A program made the position numbers and the translations under genes. Of a DNA stretch of 64,000 nucleotides, positions 60,292-64,000 are shown piece by piece. The notes beneath the pieces are model-generated. The model saw only the letters and a list, made by a program, of their open reading frames with translations, made no database searches and was not told the origin of the DNA. Each line of letters starts with the position of its first letter. The first letter of the stretch is position 1. The DNA is from Proteiniphilum sp. (GTDB taxonomy: Bacteria > Bacteroidota > Bacteroidia > Bacteroidales > Dysgonomonadaceae): contig JAQWDW010000006.1 in NCBI GenBank assembly GCA_028705255.1, positions 5,562 through 69,561 of the forward strand, given 5' to 3'.

Positions 60292-60702
60292 ATGATCGAG
60301 CACGACTACATTTTCCGGGTCTTGTATCCCGATACTGACCAGATGGGAACCATGCACCATGCCAATTACGCAAAATACTACGAGGCAGCCCGTTGGGAAT
60401 TGTTCCGGAGCATCGGTATTTCTTACAAGTCGATCGAAGATGCCGGATACATGCTTCCTGTTACCAGGATGGATTTTCGTTTCCTTAAAACCACCCGGTA
60501 TGATGCTCTGCTAACTGCAAGAACAACCTTGACAGCCGTTAAAGGAGTCCGGCTCTGGTTCAGCTATAAACTATATAATGAAAAGCAGGAACTGATCAAT
60601 GAAGCAGAAACGGAACTGGCCTTCATAAAAAAGGAAAATTGGAAACCGTGCCGTACACCCGATTTCGTTTTAAAAGCCATTCACGCTAACCAGAAAACAT
60701 AA
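60292..60702 (+). CDS. Acyl-CoA thioesterase (YbgC/4HBT hot-dog fold)
   Basis: Y.DTDQMG..HHANY..YYE.AR. Confidence 0.88.
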   Translation: MIEHDYIFRVLYPDTDQMGTMHHANYAKYYEAARWELFRSIGISYKSIEDAGYMLPVTRMDFRFLKTTRYDALLTARTTLTAVKGVRLWFSYKLYNEKQELINEAETELAFIKKENWKPCRTPDFVLKAIHANQKT

Positions 60703-60749
60703 ATCGCCCATATTATTATATCGCATATAAAACTATTGAATTGTCCATT

Positions 60750-60900
60750 CTTCTTTTCCTCAACCCCAGGAAATCCCGATCCAAGCCGCTGCTTCAAGCC
60801 CCCGCCCATTAAAACATAAAAGTTTTTGAAAGCGGTATGATGGGCCAGCCTTATAAACGGGAAAAATATAAAACGAGGCTGGTGGAATCCTGTCCGTCAA
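60750..60900 (-). pseudogene. Possible eroded rhodanese-domain gene
   Basis: The minus strand reads ..DGQDSTSLVLYFSR, then after a frameshift IRLAH..AFKNFYVLMGGGLKQRLGSGFPGVEEK. This resembles the rhodanese LYC..G.RS...GF.NVY.L.GG...W...G.P pattern if TGT>TTT (C>F) and TGG>CGG (W>R) are assumed. Confidence 0.4.
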
Positions 60901-60936
60901 TCAGAATTTTAAGCAACAACTGAAAAATTAGCCAAG

Positions 60937-61683
60937 ATGAAACAAAAGTGGTGTAATAAATCAAACCTGAACCTGAGCATTGACATCATCATGTTATTAC
61001 TGCTCACGCCTTTGGCGGGAATCGGCTTCCTAATAAAATATGTCCTGATCCCCGGTATTCAACGGAACGAACACTACGGGGCTGGTGTTGAACTGGAATT
61101 TTGGGGACTAACACGTCACCAATGGGGATCCATTCACCTGATCATCAGCATCGTTTACCTCGTTCTTTTACTTCTTCACATTATTCTGCATTGGAAAATG
61201 GTTGTTGGATTTTTCAAACGGATGATTCCTAATGAAGCCTTACGTGCAATATCGGCCACACTGATTGCCAGTGCAAGTCTTCTCATGTTTGTCTTTCCTC
61301 TTTTTGTAAAACCGGAGATTGTTACAAGGGAATCGTTACATCTGAACAGAAAAATCAAACAGGAAACTCATCAAACCGTACCGAACGGAGAAATCCGTAA
61401 AAAAGTGTCAAAAGAAACAGAAAAGGATATAGTGGTTTCTCCCCGGGCGGGTCTGAATAAACCGGAACAGACCCTATCCGAAACTGTATTTGTTGACCCA
61501 GAGATCAACGGAAGGCAAACCCTGCAGTTTGTTGCCAACAAATACGACATACCAGTGGAAAAGCTTGCAACTGATCTGAACATCCCTTTAGACCGGGCCG
61601 GTGAAAAAATCGGAAGGCTACGGAAATTGTATGTCTTTACCATGAACGACGTGCGCAAAAGCATTATGAAAAATAAAGAATAG
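60937..61683 (+). CDS. DUF4405 membrane protein
   Basis: TM helices, TR..W..IHL..S..YL.LL.LHI.LHW His pattern, soluble C-terminal domain. Confidence 0.78.
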   Translation: MKQKWCNKSNLNLSIDIIMLLLLTPLAGIGFLIKYVLIPGIQRNEHYGAGVELEFWGLTRHQWGSIHLIISIVYLVLLLLHIILHWKMVVGFFKRMIPNEALRAISATLIASASLLMFVFPLFVKPEIVTRESLHLNRKIKQETHQTVPNGEIRKKVSKETEKDIVVSPRAGLNKPEQTLSETVFVDPEINGRQTLQFVANKYDIPVEKLATDLNIPLDRAGEKIGRLRKLYVFTMNDVRKSIMKNKE

Positions 61684-61781
61684 ACCACCTGTTGGCATAA
61701 CGTTGAATGTTAAAGTGAAACAATAGAAAAGTAAATGATGATTAGTAACCAAAATTGAAAGAAGCTGTGTTCATATATGCC

Positions 61782-62561
61782 TTAAAAGGTGTATGAGTCA
61801 CCTGTTTTTACCGATTGAATCGGAAAGTTCTCAGAAAATGCCACCAGCGCAGGTAATGCGGTACAGTGCGAGGGAATGACATGAGACACCCTGTTTTTTT
61901 TCAGGTAATTGATGGTCTCAATGGTTTGCCGGTCCCGGTTTTTCAGATGAAAACCGCCCATGATACCGTAAATCCTCTGCTCGCCGGTAATGTTTCTTGC
62001 CTGTTCCAGGGTGTTCACCACCCCGGCATGACCACAACCGGTGATCACAAACAATCCTTTCTCTGTCTGTAAAGCGACTGCACTGTCGTCCACTACAAAA
62101 TCGGCTGTTCCGTTCTCGAACGAGAAGGCGGTTTGTTTCGATTCAAAATCAGTGATGCGGGGTATCTCACCCAGAAAGAGCACAGAGTTACTGATAGCGT
62201 AAGGTGCTTTGCTGGTGATGAGGTCAAACTGCTCTGCTGTTTCTTTCCGGCTCATCCTCAGACCAATGTAGGTGTGATCGGTATTTCTATATCGCTTCAC
62301 AAAACAGTCTGGATGGCAGAGCAGCTTGCCTCCTGTGAGATGTGCCAGTCCATTTCCATGATCATAGTGACCGTGACTCAGGATAATCAGTTCCCTCTCC
62401 TCCGGATCAATACCCATGATGAAAGCATTTTGCAAGAAGAGATCACTCTGTCCCGTATCGAACAGGAACTTTATCCCTTCATGCTCTATAAAATAGGAGA
62501 GGCCGTGCTCTGCACCGACGGAGCCACCGGAATAATTATCGGTGAGAATTGAAACTTTCAT
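61782..62561 (-). CDS. MBL-fold metallo-hydrolase (COG1237-type)
   Basis: AEHGLS, FDTGQS, LSHGHYDHGNG, DDSA, GCGHAG, GGFHL, HCT. Confidence 0.9.
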   Translation of the reverse strand: MKVSILTDNYSGGSVGAEHGLSYFIEHEGIKFLFDTGQSDLFLQNAFIMGIDPEERELIILSHGHYDHGNGLAHLTGGKLLCHPDCFVKRYRNTDHTYIGLRMSRKETAEQFDLITSKAPYAISNSVLFLGEIPRITDFESKQTAFSFENGTADFVVDDSAVALQTEKGLFVITGCGHAGVVNTLEQARNITGEQRIYGIMGGFHLKNRDRQTIETINYLKKNRVSHVIPSHCTALPALVAFSENFPIQSVKTGDSYTF

Positions 62562-62597
62562 CTCTTTTTTTGCAAATATAACTATATAAATTTTATT

Positions 62598-62613
62598 ATG
62601 AACAAATGCTCAT
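62598..62613. promoter_or_regulatory. Palindromic operator copy C (MBL hydrolase promoter)
   Basis: ATGAACAAATGCTCAT (14/16). It overlaps the minus-strand TTTG (62606-03), 22 nt upstream of TATATTTG (62580-73). Confidence 0.65.
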
Positions 62614-62741
62614 TTAAATTTACTTTAATATAGCACTAGTGTTATATTAGTAACCTCTGCACTCAGGACCTCAACAGATCGGGGCTCAGGGCAATGCCCG
62701 GGCCCACGCTTGCAGAAGCTTCGTGTCAATTAGAATCAACC

Positions 62742-64000
62742 TTACCTGGCTTGTGAAATATGTATGGCTGCTCCTCCATCTGAAACAAGCGATAATTCAA
62801 GCATGTCATTTGAAGTCACTGGAACTTTTTTAATTTGTATGGCATTAGGATCTTCACATGATTCCAATGTATCAGCGTAAATTTCAGCGATATAATTTTT
62901 TCCTTTCTCTAAAAAGTTTAAAGATAATGATAGCTCTCTTGGCGAGCTGTTGGTGATCGACCCAATCCACCAATCGGTTCCCCTACGACGGGCAACGGTG
63001 ATGTACTCATTCATTTTGGCATGTGGAACTTTTATATCATCCCAATTATTTGGCACTTTTTTTAAAAAATCAAAGCCCGGTTGCCCTTCATATGCTTGTG
63101 GCGTGTCGCACAACGAAGTAAGATAATTCTCCAGTACTACGTACATCGCCAACATATGACTCCGTGTACTCATCACGTACGGATTGATATACTGTGTCTT
63201 AAATTGAGAGCGCGGCAAGGCACGAAAGCCACCCAAATGATAATCCGCAGGACCGGCAAGCATACGGGTAAAAGGGATGGAAATATCATGGTCCGCATTT
63301 ACCGTCGTATCCCATTTACAGACTTCATAATTGAGCGTACCCTCCCGTGTAAATTCATTGGGATAGGTGCGTATGAGTCCTGAAGGTTTGCTCGATCCAT
63401 GGAATTGGATAAATAGGTGATGCTTTGCTGCACATTCCAAAATTTCTTCTTGAATGCGTATCATCTGTTGATCGTCGCGATCCATAAAATCAACCATCAA
63501 ACCTTTCACACCCCACTGTTCGTAGAGCGTGAAAGCTTCTTCCAATTTGTCGTACAAAGGACGCCAGTGTACCCACAAATGTATTCCCACATTTTTACTT
63601 CTGGCATATTCCACAATACGTGGCATATTCAGGCTGGGTATGGGACGGGTAACATCGGCATGAGGACCTGCCCAACCAAAATTGAAGTTGTCATCATAAT
63701 ACCAGGGAGTTTCGGCATACCCATAAATGCCATGGGCATCCAACCCATTTTGAGCGGCAAAATCGATATAGTATTTATTGGTATCAAAGTTGTTACCGGG
63801 AGAAAAAGTGGTATCTGGAACCACATTTCCGCTCCACCAGGTAAATGTAGTTCGACACCCCTTTATCCAGGAAGTATCCTCTATCTTACAGGGCTCATTC
63901 AGGCTGGTAAGGATATTCGATTCAATCAATCCTCCAATGCGGTTCGCAACCGAAATAACACGCCATGGAGTAATGTGGGGAAACTCATTTATTTCAACCT
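62742..64000 (-). CDS. Glycoside hydrolase family 97, 5' part outside the window
   Basis: TPWRVI, YIDFAA..G, G.MVDFM, QFHG..KP.G..RT.PN...EG, RMLAGP.DY..G, TVARR.G..W..G. The frame stays open from 63929 to the window edge. Confidence 0.9.
   Translation of the reverse strand, partial: VEINEFPHITPWRVISVANRIGGLIESNILTSLNEPCKIEDTSWIKGCRTTFTWWSGNVVPDTTFSPGNNFDTNKYYIDFAAQNGLDAHGIYGYAETPWYYDDNFNFGWAGPHADVTRPIPSLNMPRIVEYARSKNVGIHLWVHWRPLYDKLEEAFTLYEQWGVKGLMVDFMDRDDQQMIRIQEEILECAAKHHLFIQFHGSSKPSGLIRTYPNEFTREGTLNYEVCKWDTTVNADHDISIPFTRMLAGPADYHLGGFRALPRSQFKTQYINPYVMSTRSHMLAMYVVLENYLTSLCDTPQAYEGQPGFDFLKKVPNNWDDIKVPHAKMNEYITVARRRGTDWWIGSITNSSPRELSLSLNFLEKGKNYIAEIYADTLESCEDPNAIQIKKVPVTSNDMLELSLVSDGGAAIHISQAR

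Noticed and set aside
61759-61774. Fourth copy of the palindrome (AAGAAGCTGTGTTCAT, 12/16)
   Set aside because: It lies between convergent 3' ends with only an imperfect -7 box nearby, and its palindromic core is broken. It may be chance or a relic, so it is not counted in the regulon.
52589-64000. attR direct repeat of the ssrA 3' end closing the island
   Set aside because: No second copy of CCAGCTCCA was spotted by eye. The right boundary is eroded or outside the window.

Overview
A 64 kb segment of a Bacteroidales chromosome. The lineage is inferred from protein content and TTTG-N19-21-TAnnTTTG promoters; a Dysgonomonadaceae-like (Proteiniphilum/Petrimonas) anaerobe is my guess. Positions 1-52.6 kb are mostly housekeeping and carbohydrate genes: dxs (partial), tig-clpP-clpX-recQ, TetR-fabG-rluA, galM-galP-galK with a Nudix/NrtR-family regulator, a lower-GC GT4/GH130-like/GT4 trio, carA with two tandem full-length carB paralogues, a DoxX-Gfo-Gfo-DUF1080-TIM-barrel (3-ketoglycoside-type) operon, an orphan TPR histidine kinase, tRNA-Gln, tyrS, trkH, split nfnAB-pdxB and tmRNA. 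Directly after the 3' end of tmRNA is an accessory block. It opens with a tyrosine-integrase relic missed by the ORF-level reading. It then carries a peroxiredoxin, a collapsed CoA-disulfide-reductase/rhodanese pseudogene, a DUF134 HTH regulator with a CxxC-x12-CxxC tail, and an Orange-protein(ORP)-like operon (2 NifB/NifX proteins, DUF5320, DUF89/ARMT1 phosphatase, 2 MinD-like 4Fe-4S ATPases, radical SAM, Mrp, thioesterase). It ends with DUF4405, an MBL hydrolase and a GH97 running off the window. The main discovery candidate is a 16-bp palindrome (consensus ATGAACATATGTTCAT) overlapping the promoters of three transcription units in this block. This suggests a DUF134-controlled metal/Fe-S/redox regulon whose sulfur-transfer arm is decaying. 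All family calls come from motif recognition by eye; no database searches were run.
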